From positions 1,632,001 to 1,696,000 of the forward strand of contig OY760175.1 of the NCBI GenBank assembly GCA_963663165.1: a stretch of DNA of 64,000 nt, in the 5' to 3' direction. Source of the stretch: an uncultured Desulfospira sp. Lineage in GTDB: Bacteria; Desulfobacterota; Desulfobacteria; Desulfobacterales; Desulfobacteraceae. The notes under the pieces are model-generated. The model searched no databases, was not told the origin of the DNA, and saw only the letters and a program-made list of their open reading frames with translations. Both the position numbers and the translations under genes were made by a program. Shown here in pieces: positions 1-9,818 of this stretch (positions within the stretch are counted from its first letter, which is position 1; the number at the start of each line of letters is the position of its first letter).

Positions 1-675
1 CAAGGTGGCCATCACCACCCCGGGACAGGGGATCAGGCCCATGGCCACCGCTGCGAAAAAACCGAGAACCGGTTTTTCATCCTTAAGTTTTTCATGGGGT
101 TTTGCCCGAAGCCGGATAACGGCATCCGCAAACAGATATACCCCTAAGGCCAGGATCAGGGAGAAACTGACCTGCTGGGTGATCCTTGTAACCTGCTCCA
201 ATGAGGCATTGACAGAATAGTGAAGAACGGCCTTGACCATAATGACCAGCAGCATGCCGGAACCCGCATGGGTAAATGCCAGGATAACGGCAAACAAAAT
301 CCCCCGGGCCAGCCCGGGCCGGGCCCCCACCACATAAGAAGCGGCCGCGGCCTTGCCGTGCCCCGGCCCTGCAGAATGGACCACCCCGTAAACAAACCCC
401 AAAGCCAGCACCAGAGCAACCGGGCCGTATTGGCCGTTTTCCCGGGCACTGCGGATCAGGTAGCTCATCTTTTCACGCAGCAGCTGCTGCCAGCGGACAA
501 TGGTCAGGGACAACCCTGAACCCGGGCCCGGCCCTGCCTTTTCGGTTCTTACAACAGGGGATTGTTTCTGGGTAAAGGGATTGGCACACACCTTTGAATC
601 TGTCAGGAGAATACCGGCCATCAGCAGGCCGGCCATCAGGCCAATGGCCCCGGCATTAAAAAACGTTGAATTCAT
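1..675 (-). CDS. Nickel/cobalt transporter (NiCoT/RcnA-like), runs off the left edge
   Basis: Not in ORF track. Translated by hand from ATG 675 (ATGA overlap with upstream stop): MNSTFFNAG...YGVVHSAGPGHGKAAA...MGLIPCPG. The HxxGPGHGK and PCP motifs are typical of this family; partner is DUF1007. Confidence 0.8.
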   Translation of the reverse strand, partial: MNSTFFNAGAIGLMAGLLMAGILLTDSKVCANPFTQKQSPVVRTEKAGPGPGSGLSLTIVRWQQLLREKMSYLIRSARENGQYGPVALVLALGFVYGVVHSAGPGHGKAAAASYVVGARPGLARGILFAVILAFTHAGSGMLLVIMVKAVLHYSVNASLEQVTRITQQVSFSLILALGVYLFADAVIRLRAKPHEKLKDEKPVLGFFAAVAMGLIPCPGVVMATL

Positions 676-1277
676 GATCCGGCTTTAAAGGTTAAAAACA
701 AGGCATAAGGATTGACCGTGTCATAGTAAATCAGGGTGGATCTGTCAATATCGGCTTTTGAGGTAACGGTAAAATTATCCGCATTTTCAAACATCAGGTA
801 TTCTTTTTCCGGAAAATAAATGGCTGAATAAAATTCCGGGTCATAGGGAGAAATCACAACCTTTTTGGGGGTGGGCAGGGCCGTGACATGGCAGGGAATA
901 AAAAACTCATACACCAGGCTGCCTTTTACCACTTTGGCGTTAAAATCCTTGATAAACGTAACGGCAAAGGGCTTTCCCTCGATTTTAATATGAATGTAAT
1001 AATTGTAAGGGGCAATATAGGAAAATGCCCCTTCCTTGACCGCGGCCACTTCCGTTTGATCCAGGGCACCGTTCCGGTCAAGGTCAAAATCATCCAGGAT
1101 CATGGTGGAAAACATCTCATCAAAGGCCCATTTGACCCGAATTCCGGCCAAGCCATTTTGATCAAACACCACATGGGTCTGCTGGGCAATAAACACGTGG
1201 GGATGGCACATTCCCGTCCCTGCCCCGGCCGCCAGCACTATGATCCCGGCCATTACCGCCGTTAAAATCTGTTTCAT
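672..1277 (-). CDS. DUF1007 family periplasmic metal-binding protein
   Basis: Signal peptide followed by HPHVF motif and W-x-FDEMFS; start moved to MKQILT (1277). Confidence 0.85.
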   Translation of the reverse strand: MKQILTAVMAGIIVLAAGAGTGMCHPHVFIAQQTHVVFDQNGLAGIRVKWAFDEMFSTMILDDFDLDRNGALDQTEVAAVKEGAFSYIAPYNYYIHIKIEGKPFAVTFIKDFNAKVVKGSLVYEFFIPCHVTALPTPKKVVISPYDPEFYSAIYFPEKEYLMFENADNFTVTSKADIDRSTLIYYDTVNPYALFLTFKAGS

Positions 1278-1387
1278 CCTCAATTCCCTAAAATTCCTTT
1301 CCCGGCCTTTATAGTATAGATCAGGGCCGGTTTTCAAGAATTTGGAAACCGGTTCGAGGGAAAGGGCAAAAAAAAGAAATTTTTCTC

Positions 1388-1429
1388 TTGACAGGATATG
1401 ACAACACTTTTATTGTTAGCAAAAACTAA
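1388..1429 (+). promoter_or_regulatory. sigma70 promoter TTGACA-17-TATTGT with palindrome TTAG-CAAAAA-CTAA (1416-1429)
   Basis: Read directly upstream of flavodoxin. Confidence 0.7.
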
Positions 1430-1495
1430 ATAATGGAGCTTCACAAAAAAGTATTAAATAAACGAGACTTTCATCTTAATCAAATGGAGACAAAA

Positions 1496-1939
1496 ATGAG
1501 TACCGCTTTAATTGTTTACGGGTCCACCACAGGCAACACGGAATTCACCGCAGAAACCATTGAAGGCAGCCTTTCGGACAGCGGTTATAATGTGACCGTC
1601 CTCAATGCAGCCAACACCACCCCTTCTGTCCTCAACGATGAGTATGACCTGTATCTTCTGGGCAGTTCCACCTGGGGAGACGATGATATTGAATTCCAGG
1701 AAGACTTTGCCCCATTTTTTGACGACATGGGCGCGGACATCTCCCTGGAGGGGAAGAAATTTGCCATATTCGGGTGCGGGGACTCCACCTATGAATACTT
1801 TTGCGGTGCCGTAGACGCTCTTGAGGAACGGGTCCAGAAAATGGGCGCAAAGCTCATTTGTGATGGCCTTAGAATTGACGGCGACCCCGAAGAAGACGAA
1901 ATCAAAGAATGGGCACAGGACATCATCAATGCCGCATAA
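1496..1939 (+). CDS. fld: Flavodoxin (short chain)
   Basis: YGSTTGNTE, SSTWG, FGCGD and FCGAVD motifs; GGAG RBS before ATG 1496. Confidence 0.95.
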   Translation: MSTALIVYGSTTGNTEFTAETIEGSLSDSGYNVTVLNAANTTPSVLNDEYDLYLLGSSTWGDDDIEFQEDFAPFFDDMGADISLEGKKFAIFGCGDSTYEYFCGAVDALEERVQKMGAKLICDGLRIDGDPEEDEIKEWAQDIINAA

Positions 1940-2318
1940 AAAAAACGATCTTCAAATCAAACATGCCGGCCGGCATGCCGTTTCTCCCAAGCAGTTTAAG
2001 GCCACGCTCAAACTCATCGGCAGCCTGAACCGGACCGGTATGGAAAAGGCAAACCGCGGCCGGTTTGAGCAGGCTTTTCCCGACCTTGAGGATGCCCTGG
2101 GCCTGTCCCGGGATTTAGGCAAAAAATGCCTTGAGGCCAAACTGCTCAACAACCTGGGGATCCTGTATACCATGAGCGGATCCTGGGACAGGGCCATGAT
2201 CCATTATGACAAAGCCCTGACCCTTGTTTTTGACCACTACGGCACAAAGAATTTTCTGTACAAGACGTTACAGAAAAACATCGGCCATATTCTCCATGTG
2301 GCCATTCCGTCTGCATAG
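1929..2318 (+). CDS. Small tetratricopeptide-repeat protein
   Basis: LNNLGILY...WDRAMIHYDKAL TPR pattern; overlaps the fld stop. Confidence 0.8.
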   Translation: MPHKKNDLQIKHAGRHAVSPKQFKATLKLIGSLNRTGMEKANRGRFEQAFPDLEDALGLSRDLGKKCLEAKLLNNLGILYTMSGSWDRAMIHYDKALTLVFDHYGTKNFLYKTLQKNIGHILHVAIPSA

Positions 2319-2339
2319 CCCTCAAGAGCGAGCCCTCCA

Positions 2340-2386
2340 GGGCGGCCCCCGGAAATCTGCTTTCCGGGACCGCCCGCCTTTTTTTT
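2340..2386 (+). terminator. Rho-independent terminator after fld-TPR
   Basis: GC-rich stem (gggcgg..ggaaa / tttcc..ccgccc) followed by T8. The T run overlaps a TTGACG-16-TATAAT promoter (2385-2412) for the next gene. Confidence 0.65.
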
Positions 2387-2429
2387 GACGCGCTGTTTTT
2401 ACATTTTATAATATAAGGAGAATCTCAAA

Positions 2430-3143
2430 ATGAATCGGATTAAACTTGGCATGTGTGTTCTGTTATTAATCTTCGGACTGGCCGGATCAGCCTTTGCAGA
2501 TACTGTAACAGTGAATGCGACCGACAGCCTTAACATTGACGGCACGTCATATAGTTTGGTTTCAGACTCTTATGAAGGCGGCGGCCTGATGTGGGAACCG
2601 TCAGGTACCAGCTATAAAGCCTGCCTGTGCCGAATGGTCGCCTATGGTGCCCTTCAAGCTGTAGCCGGTTACCTTGGCATTACCGACCTGACCTCTTCTG
2701 AAATCAGTATCGTCACCGGATGGAATACCGATGGCCCTGAAGAGTTGTATGAACTTATGGGCTGGACAGGGACAAATTTTTCCTATGCCCAAAACATGAC
2801 CGACAACGCCTCCCTGACCCTGGCGGACGCCTGGTTTGAGTTTACCATTAATGGAACAACTTACAGGGTAACTTCTTCGGCCTTGAACTACGAGTTCACA
2901 GTTGACGGAACTGAGAGCGGCTATGTAGAAGACTATGATTTTTTTGACTACAGAAGCTATGTAAAAAATGGGGGGACCGGGGCTACAAAATCCCTGTTTT
3001 CCAGTAATATCCGCGACCAGATTGCTGACAACCTATCAGGAGTAACCTACTTTGATGTCCAGGCAGTCCCGGTTCCGGGCACAGCCTTTCTCATGGCCTC
3101 AGGCCTTCTGGGACTTTCCGCAATGAACAGAAAAAGAAAATAA
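2430..3143 (+). CDS. Exported protein with PEP-CTERM/VPLPA-CTERM-type sorting signal
   Basis: N-terminal signal peptide; C-terminus AVPVPG + hydrophobic helix + RKRK; AGGAG RBS. Confidence 0.8.
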   Translation: MNRIKLGMCVLLLIFGLAGSAFADTVTVNATDSLNIDGTSYSLVSDSYEGGGLMWEPSGTSYKACLCRMVAYGALQAVAGYLGITDLTSSEISIVTGWNTDGPEELYELMGWTGTNFSYAQNMTDNASLTLADAWFEFTINGTTYRVTSSALNYEFTVDGTESGYVEDYDFFDYRSYVKNGGTGATKSLFSSNIRDQIADNLSGVTYFDVQAVPVPGTAFLMASGLLGLSAMNRKRK

Positions 3144-3145
3144 GA

Positions 3146-3255
3146 CGTAACTGTTCAGCAGTGCCCCATCTTCGCTCATTCAGGCCTTCTCACATAGCAA
3201 CAGTATGCTACGAAGGCCTGACTAAACAAATATGAAGCACTGATGAACAGTTACG
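3146..3255. repeat. Palindromic intergenic element
   Basis: cgtaactgttca (3146-3157) / tgaacagttacg (3244-3255); inner arms caggccttc / gaaggcctg. Confidence 0.75.
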
Positions 3256-3295
3256 GACCCTGGTTTTGCTTAGTTTTCAGCATTAGCTGAATAGT

Positions 3296-3440
3296 TAGTG
3301 TCTGAACGAAAACCTGGAAATTTTGTCGAGTACAAGGCGGGCTGAAATTTTAACCGGAGGAATACATTGAGTATTTTGAGGATTAAAATTTCAGCCCAAC
3401 GCAGTAATCGGCAAAATTTACGGTTTTCGTTCGGGCACTA
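3296..3440. mobile_element. 145-bp MITE/REP-like palindromic element
   Basis: 19-bp terminal inverted repeat with 17/19 match (tagtgtctgaacgaaaacc / ggttttcgttcgggcacta); inner 15-bp stem gggctgaaattttaa / ttaaaatttcagccc; non-coding. Confidence 0.75.
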
Positions 3441-3480
3441 GTTACAATAAGACAAGGTTGAGGGGCCTCACCCCCATCCT

Positions 3481-4977
3481 TCATCCTTCATCCTTCACCC
3501 CTAATTCCAGGGCCTGGTCAATCAAGCGGCAAAGCTGCTCATAAGAGGGGACGCCCACATGGAGTTCCCCGTTGATGATCAGGGTGGGGGTGGATGTAAT
3601 GCCGGCCTGCCGGACGCCCTCAAGCGCCTGGTCCAGTCTTTCAAGTTCTTTGGGGTCAGCCGTGCATTCGTTGAACCGGGCCATGTCCAGGCCCAATTTC
3701 CGGGCATAGGCCAGGGCATCTTCAAAGGCGGGCTTTTCCCCTGAAAACAGCAGATCATGAAACGCCCAGAATTTTCCCTGCTCCTGGGCGCAGCCGGCAG
3801 ACAGGGCAAGCTTTTTGGCCCCGGCATGGATGCTTTCCAACGGGTTGTCTTTGAATACCCATTTAACTTTGTCTTTATAGGTTTCCCTGATCCGTTTGAC
3901 GGTTTCATGGCCCCTCCGGCAGGCGGGGCAAAGATAATCAGACAATTCGACCACCATCACCGGCGCATGGGAAGGGCCGGTTGACGGGCATCCCTCAATA
4001 ACCACGCGAGTGTTTGGCAATGGCGGCTTTTCCAGATGGACGGTTACCGGAAAGGTCTTCTTTAACTGTTCACAATGATTCAGAATCGCTTCGTTTTCCC
4101 CGGCCAGGGTCAGATACTGCCGGATTTTTTGTTTTATCTGCTGTTCACTGCCTGTCCAGTTTCCCCAGCGCCGGTATTGTCTGCTCTGATAATAATATGA
4201 AACGGTTGCATCATCCGGGGCCTTGGCCTTTGATGACAACTCCTTTGTGAGGGCCGCCACCGTAATCCCCTGTTGGGCCGCATCTTTTTCAAGCAGGATT
4301 TCATTGATCCGGTCATCCAGGGCCATTTCTTTCATTCGATAGATCTTGGTCTGCATTTGATAGAGCCTTGTGGTCAAAGGCTGTTCAATCTCTTCTCTGG
4401 TAATTTTTTGCCCATCCACCACGGCCAGGATATCTGACGTCGCTTCCAATGCGGCATGATCGGAAACCGCCCCGTAGGGTGACGCCACCAGGGCATCGGA
4501 AAAGACATAAAAGCAGAGTCCCAGGCTCAACATCCACGGCAGGCGTTTGGGATCAAAAAATGAAAAAAACAGGATGGACATCAGGATAAAATTTACGGCG
4601 CAAAGCACACAGACAAATTTCATCTTCACCATAATCACAATCAGAACCGCCTCGACGCCGCAGCCGGCCATGACGGCAAAAAACAGCCAGGAGGGACGGA
4701 TAAAGTATAAGAGCACAAGAGAAAGGTAATAGGCAATCCCCCACCAGGGAACCGGTATGCCCATCATGGTGTAAGGCACGGTTTCCCGGCACCCGTCACC
4801 AAATGCCCCGCAAAAAGAGGCAATCCATGCCACCCGGGTTTCAAAGGCCGACATGACGGCAGCCGCCACCCCGAGGGCAATCACAATGCCAATGGCCTTT
4901 TTAAAAAATGAAGATCTGTCTTTAAAAGGATTTTTCTGTGTGACGATATTGGGTTGATCTGTTTTGGGCTGCGCCAT
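3481..4977 (-). CDS. VKOR-DsbA/thioredoxin fusion membrane oxidoreductase
   Basis: N-terminal TM domain with loop Cys pair and CVLC; C-terminal DsbA domain with SDYLCPAC and TPT cis-Pro loop. Confidence 0.85.
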   Translation of the reverse strand: MAQPKTDQPNIVTQKNPFKDRSSFFKKAIGIVIALGVAAAVMSAFETRVAWIASFCGAFGDGCRETVPYTMMGIPVPWWGIAYYLSLVLLYFIRPSWLFFAVMAGCGVEAVLIVIMVKMKFVCVLCAVNFILMSILFFSFFDPKRLPWMLSLGLCFYVFSDALVASPYGAVSDHAALEATSDILAVVDGQKITREEIEQPLTTRLYQMQTKIYRMKEMALDDRINEILLEKDAAQQGITVAALTKELSSKAKAPDDATVSYYYQSRQYRRWGNWTGSEQQIKQKIRQYLTLAGENEAILNHCEQLKKTFPVTVHLEKPPLPNTRVVIEGCPSTGPSHAPVMVVELSDYLCPACRRGHETVKRIRETYKDKVKWVFKDNPLESIHAGAKKLALSAGCAQEQGKFWAFHDLLFSGEKPAFEDALAYARKLGLDMARFNECTADPKELERLDQALEGVRQAGITSTPTLIINGELHVGVPSYEQLCRLIDQALELGVKDEG

Positions 4978-5095
4978 TTTTATTTCCCGGTCTGCCTTTA
5001 GCGTCTGTTGAATTTTACAGTAAAGGTCATGTATAGAATTGAATGATTAACGGGTCAAGAAAAAAGTTAGCCTGGCTTAATAGCCCCGATTCTTC

Positions 5096-5386
5096 CTACA
5101 CCCTGTTTTTCCAATGGCCGGGTTTTCGATGCAGAGTCATTACGGCAACGACTCGTATTTCAGGCGTTTTGATTCGATAAAGAACCGCATAAGGGAAATG
5201 GGAAAATAGATGCCTTCGGATATTACCTTCAATAACAGGCCATGTTTCCGGGAACTCAACTATATTCTTAACAGCAATATCCAAATCTTTTAAAAACTTA
5301 AAACCAAGGTTTTCTGCCTGGATTTCGTAATAAATGGCGGCATCCATCATCTCTTCCTCGGCTTCAGGATGATAAATTACTTGCAC
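5096..5386 (-). CDS. RelE/ParE family type II toxin
   Basis: HPEAEEE, FPYAVLYR and HRKPGHW patterns; overlaps the antitoxin. Confidence 0.9.
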   Translation of the reverse strand: MQVIYHPEAEEEMMDAAIYYEIQAENLGFKFLKDLDIAVKNIVEFPETWPVIEGNIRRHLFSHFPYAVLYRIKTPEIRVVAVMTLHRKPGHWKNRV

Positions 5387-5610
5387 GACAACGCCTTGGT
5401 TGCCGATTCCATTACTTCGGCATGGGTTTTACATGTCACTCTACCTGCAGATATCTCGCTATCCCTTCTTTTTGCCTCATCCATCCACAGTCTATTGTGA
5501 CTGACAATATCAACATCCACCAGGCTGTCCAGAAGAACGTCTGCCAGAATGGCCCTTGATTTTGGCGGCAAGGATAATGCTTGAGCCGTGACTTCCTCTA
5601 TAGTCGGCAT
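5377..5610 (-). CDS. Addiction-module antitoxin (TIGR02574-like)
   Basis: ALSLP..RAILA..LLDSL..W..EAKRR; immediately upstream of the toxin. Confidence 0.85.
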   Translation of the reverse strand: MPTIEEVTAQALSLPPKSRAILADVLLDSLVDVDIVSHNRLWMDEAKRRDSEISAGRVTCKTHAEVMESATKALSCK

Positions 5611-5843
5611 TGTAATGCCCTCCCCAAATTTTAGTTATTCAGCATCCCTCCCTTAACCAATCTTCAGAGGGAAAAGCCACCTTTTCCGGAAGCTGGGCTT
5701 ATTATAAATTTTGAAACCGTGAAAGTCAAAACCGTTACAGATCAAAACATCATAGATTTGAAAATGGAAACAGAAGGCCGTATGTTGTTTACTCCCATTT
5801 TTGATAACTCGCCTGGGGTTTGACGGTCTTGCGGTTTTTCGTT

Positions 5844-8060
5844 TTATTTTTTTTCAGGCGGCGGCAGTGCCGGGCGGCCGGACAGGGCGGGGCGGGCCGC
5901 GTTCACCACGGCGGTCAGGGTGACCAGGTTGTGGATCAGGGCCCCGGCCAGGGGCGAGATCATGCCGGCGACCATTAAAGAAAGGACAAGGGCATTGGCG
6001 CCCATGGCAAAGGCATAGCTTTGTTTGATCACGGACAGGGTGTTTTTGCTGGATTCCAGGGTCCAGGCCAGGCTGGACAGTCCGCCCTGCTGAAGGACGA
6101 TGTCGGCATACTCCAGGGTCACGTCTTCGCCGGCCTCGCCCACGGCAAAGCTCAAAGCCGCCCTTGAAAATGCCGGGGTGTCATTGATGCCGTCCCCGGC
6201 CATGGCCACCACGGAACCGGGAAAATCAGCTTTTCTTTTTTCGATCCACCGGGCTTTGTCCTCGGGGGACATGCCCCATTTCACCTCATCAAATTTAAGG
6301 GCACGGGACAGCTCAGTGGTTCCGGCCCGGGTGTCGCCGGTGAGCAGGGCAATGTGGGTGATCCCGGCCTTTCTTAACCGCGCCAGGGTCTTAGGGGTGG
6401 CATCCTTGCGGATCATGTGGGAAGCGTGGATACACCCCAGAAGATGGCCGTCACAGGCCACAAAGACCAGGCTGCCGGAATCATCGGGATCTTTCTCCCC
6501 TGCTCCGTGGCCGTTTTTCAGGATACCCCGGTCTTTCATGAATTTTTTGGAGCCGGCCAGAATGGTCCGGCTGCCCGTGGTTCCGGCAACCTGTGCCTTG
6601 ACCCCGAGTCCCACAAAATACTTTCTGGATTCACAGGCCGGCACCTCCAGGCCTGTTTCATGGGCCTTCCGGGTAACGGCCCGGCTGATGGGATGATTCC
6701 AGGGCTGGAGCGCGGCAGCGGCAAACCCGAGAATGGTCTCTGGTTTGTACCGCCGGTCCATCACCTCAATATCCGTCACACTGGATACAGACTCGGTCAG
6801 GGTTCCGGTTTTGTCCAGGGCCAACGTGTTCACCGTTGCCGCGGTTTCCACATGGGAGCCGCCTTTGATGAGAATCCCGTTGGCAGCGGCATTGCCCATG
6901 GCCGTGGAGATGCCTGTGGATGTGGACAGGCGCAGGACGCAGGGACAGGTGACCATAATAGAGGTAATGGCCAGGAACAGGGACCCGCTCATTAAAAAGA
7001 CAATGGCGGCAAGGCCCAAAGAGACAGGAACCATGGCCTGGGAAACGGAAAGGCTGGTCCGGCCCAGTTCTCCCAAGTCATCCCGGGCCGATTCAATGAG
7101 CCGGATAATGGCGGCCATCCGGGTCTGCTCCCCGGTTTTCTCCACGGTCACCCGGATTTCACCCTCTTCCACCAGGGTTCCGGCCATGACCGGCATGCCT
7201 TCAAGTTTCACCACGGGCAGGCTTTCACCGGTCATGGCCGCCTCGTTGACCAGGGCCGTGCCTGAAAAAACCGTTCCGTCCACGGGGATGGATGCGCCCT
7301 GGCCCAGGACAATGACGTCTCCGGGGACGATATCGGTGATATCCACCTGAACCTGTACTCCGTCCACCAGTTTCCAGACCCGGGTCTGTTTGCCGGTGAG
7401 CATGTCCCGGACCAGGCGGCCGGTATGGTCCTGGATCCTGGATTCCATCCATCCGGACAGGTTGTACAGCCAGGCCACCAGGAGCGCGGTCAGGATATTG
7501 CCGGTAAACAAAGAGACATACAGCAGACCCGTAGAGATCAGGCTCATGTCCACGCGGCCCGTGGCCTTTACGTTTTCCACGGCCTGGCGCTGGATGGGCC
7601 GGGCCAGATAAAGGGTCAAAAGCCCCGGGATGCTGATGATCCCCCCGATAAGGGCGGCAGAGGAAAAGAGGGGGGCGGCGGCCCGCCGGAGCAGAAGAAA
7701 GGAAAGATAAAGCCCGGAAAACAACAAGGTCATGCCGGACACGTGGGACCGGCACAGCTGGGGGTCCTTTTCCGAACCAGACTTAATACTTTTGGAATCT
7801 GCCGTACCTTCCATGAGGCCGGTCAGTTTCCGGGAAAGGCCGTTGACCAGTTCGATGACCTGCCGGACCGGTATATCCCGGTCCGGATGGACCAGAATCA
7901 AAGACCCGGACTTGGGCCTGACCTGGGCCATGGCCACCCCGTCCATCCGGGCCAGTTCTTTTTCCACGGCCTTGCAACAGGCCGGCTGGCCCCGGAAAAT
8001 CGAAAACTGAATCCGGGTCCGGTATGGTTCCGCCTGCCGGATTTTATAACTTAGTGTCAC
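5844..8060 (-). CDS. Heavy-metal P1B-type ATPase (CPC), fez-cluster associated
   Basis: TGES, CPC, DKTGTLT, HP, GDGIND, C-terminal HN; Cys-poor HMA-like N-terminus with RxR. Confidence 0.9.
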   Translation of the reverse strand: MTLSYKIRQAEPYRTRIQFSIFRGQPACCKAVEKELARMDGVAMAQVRPKSGSLILVHPDRDIPVRQVIELVNGLSRKLTGLMEGTADSKSIKSGSEKDPQLCRSHVSGMTLLFSGLYLSFLLLRRAAAPLFSSAALIGGIISIPGLLTLYLARPIQRQAVENVKATGRVDMSLISTGLLYVSLFTGNILTALLVAWLYNLSGWMESRIQDHTGRLVRDMLTGKQTRVWKLVDGVQVQVDITDIVPGDVIVLGQGASIPVDGTVFSGTALVNEAAMTGESLPVVKLEGMPVMAGTLVEEGEIRVTVEKTGEQTRMAAIIRLIESARDDLGELGRTSLSVSQAMVPVSLGLAAIVFLMSGSLFLAITSIMVTCPCVLRLSTSTGISTAMGNAAANGILIKGGSHVETAATVNTLALDKTGTLTESVSSVTDIEVMDRRYKPETILGFAAAALQPWNHPISRAVTRKAHETGLEVPACESRKYFVGLGVKAQVAGTTGSRTILAGSKKFMKDRGILKNGHGAGEKDPDDSGSLVFVACDGHLLGCIHASHMIRKDATPKTLARLRKAGITHIALLTGDTRAGTTELSRALKFDEVKWGMSPEDKARWIEKRKADFPGSVVAMAGDGINDTPAFSRAALSFAVGEAGEDVTLEYADIVLQQGGLSSLAWTLESSKNTLSVIKQSYAFAMGANALVLSLMVAGMISPLAGALIHNLVTLTAVVNAARPALSGRPALPPPEKK

Positions 8061-8407
8061 TTCTTACCCGCGGCTTCTGCCTCCACCTCCGCCTTGGCAT
8101 CCTCATACTTTTCTTTCATCTCTTCAATACCCGCCGAAGTCGCCGCCATCACCTTGGAAAAGGTTTTAACCACGGCTTTTTGAACGGTTTCATTGGTCAC
8201 CAGAAGGGTGACGCCGGCGCCAAGGGCCGCGCCCTTCCAGAAGGTGGCAGAGGTTACATCAAGACTTAAAAAAGAGGTGGGGGCGGGGACATAGGCCTGC
8301 TGCTGTGCCATGGGCTGCTGGGGATACACCGGCACATAGCTGACCTTATCCTGGGCCTGGGCGTAGGTTTGGGCCTGATAGGCCCCCTGGGCTTGATCAA
8401 TACTCAT
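8057..8407 (-). CDS. Small membrane protein with GxxxG motif (YtxH-like/Fez-accessory-like)
   Basis: FWKGAALGAGVTLL hydrophobic segment plus charged helical tail; overlaps the ATPase start. Confidence 0.75.
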   Translation of the reverse strand: MSIDQAQGAYQAQTYAQAQDKVSYVPVYPQQPMAQQQAYVPAPTSFLSLDVTSATFWKGAALGAGVTLLVTNETVQKAVVKTFSKVMAATSAGIEEMKEKYEDAKAEVEAEAAGKK

Positions 8408-8522
8408 CTTGAAATCTCCCTTTCTCGAAAGGATGAAGGCTGACGGATGAAGGATGAAAATGGCTCATCCGGCAGTCTTCGTTACTTTCAAAGTTCATCT
8501 ATTATATTCTGGTCTCTAATAA

Positions 8523-8933
8523 CTAAAACTTATTAATCAAATAACTGACGCCGGTAGCGGCGGCAATGGTGACGGCAAGTCCGGCCACCCCGCCGTTGGT
8601 CAGGGTAGATGAGGCGGCGGTGGCGGTGGCGGCGGCCACGCCGCCGATAGCCCCTTTGGCCAGACTGTCGGTCATGGCCTGGCCCATGGTCATTTCACCC
8701 TTGCCCACCCGGTTCAAATTGGCACCCAAGGTCCCGGTGGTGACCACGATCATGCCGAACATGCCGGCTGCGGCGGCCTGGTTGGCAATGGCCGAAGTGG
8801 TTATTTTAGTGGGGTACTGAACCGGAACGGCCTGCACACTGGTGTTCACCGGTACATACTGGTGCAGCGGCACGGTCTGGTAGGCCATGGTCTGGATGCC
8901 CGAAGGCTGTTGGGTTGCGTATAAATGTTCCAT
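8523..8933 (-). CDS. Gly/Ala-rich small membrane protein
   Basis: Hydrophobic G/A-rich segments; shares a GAN..M..A....AKG pattern with 16388..16816. Confidence 0.75.
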   Translation of the reverse strand: MEHLYATQQPSGIQTMAYQTVPLHQYVPVNTSVQAVPVQYPTKITTSAIANQAAAAGMFGMIVVTTGTLGANLNRVGKGEMTMGQAMTDSLAKGAIGGVAAATATAASSTLTNGGVAGLAVTIAAATGVSYLINKF

Positions 8934-9013
8934 ATATAGTTTCCTTTTTTTTAAGTGATCAGGCTAAAGGGGGTCAGACTGAGGGTTGCCGACGCTCAAT
9001 CAGCATCGCCGCT

Positions 9014-9688
9014 TCATCCTTCATCCTTTTTCACAGTTCCCCCAAAAATTCCGCCAAATGTTTTCCCCATGGCATTTTTGACCGACTTGTTCGTGAGCAG
9101 AACCGTGGCTGCGGCCCCGACCAGGGCGCCTTTCCAGAACTGGTCATCCTGGGAGGTTTCCGAGTACAGGGTCTTGACCACATCGGCTACAGTGGCGTCG
9201 CCTTCGGCAAAATCCTCAACAGATTTAATCACCCGGGCATAATCGGGCGGGGCCTGCTGTGCGGCGGCAGGGTCCTGGGCCTGGTAAGGGGCCTGCCCTA
9301 AAGAGGACTGGACCGCCATTCCCGCCGGCACCGCATAGGTATAATACAACTGGCCGGTGCGGGGGTCCATGACCAGGCCTGTGGGCTGGGCGGCCATGCC
9401 CTGGGCCTGGCCGGTTTCAGGCTGCTGGACACCCGGGGCGGCCTGGGATTGGCCGGCATAGTCCGGGTGAATGCCCTGGGCGGTTGTACCGGCAGGGTTA
9501 ACGGTTTCCCGGGCCTGTCCGGCCGGGGGGGCCTGATGATCGGCGGCTGCGGCCTGACCGGGTGAAACGCCCGGGGCCGGATTCTCCGGAGCCGGGCCGC
9601 CCGGGGCCGCTGCCTGATCCGTGCTGTGGCCAGATTGGGCCTGGCCCGGGGCCTGATGTAAGGTGGGGTTACTGGTTGGGGCTTCCAT
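9014..9688 (-). CDS. Pro/Gln/Ala-rich protein with C-terminal FWKGAxxGA membrane motif
   Basis: AGGAGG RBS; low-complexity N-terminus; C-terminus paralogous to 8057..8407. Confidence 0.8.
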   Translation of the reverse strand: MEAPTSNPTLHQAPGQAQSGHSTDQAAAPGGPAPENPAPGVSPGQAAAADHQAPPAGQARETVNPAGTTAQGIHPDYAGQSQAAPGVQQPETGQAQGMAAQPTGLVMDPRTGQLYYTYAVPAGMAVQSSLGQAPYQAQDPAAAQQAPPDYARVIKSVEDFAEGDATVADVVKTLYSETSQDDQFWKGALVGAAATVLLTNKSVKNAMGKTFGGIFGGTVKKDEG

Positions 9689-9818
9689 GGTTTACCTCCT
9701 GAAGCGCTTCTTTTATCATACTGATTAAACCTGCCGAAAAGAAATCGTCGGGCAGGCTCTTTATGGATTCAATGATGATCAATTAAAAAGGTTGCGAATT
9801 GAAATAGTTATAAAATAT

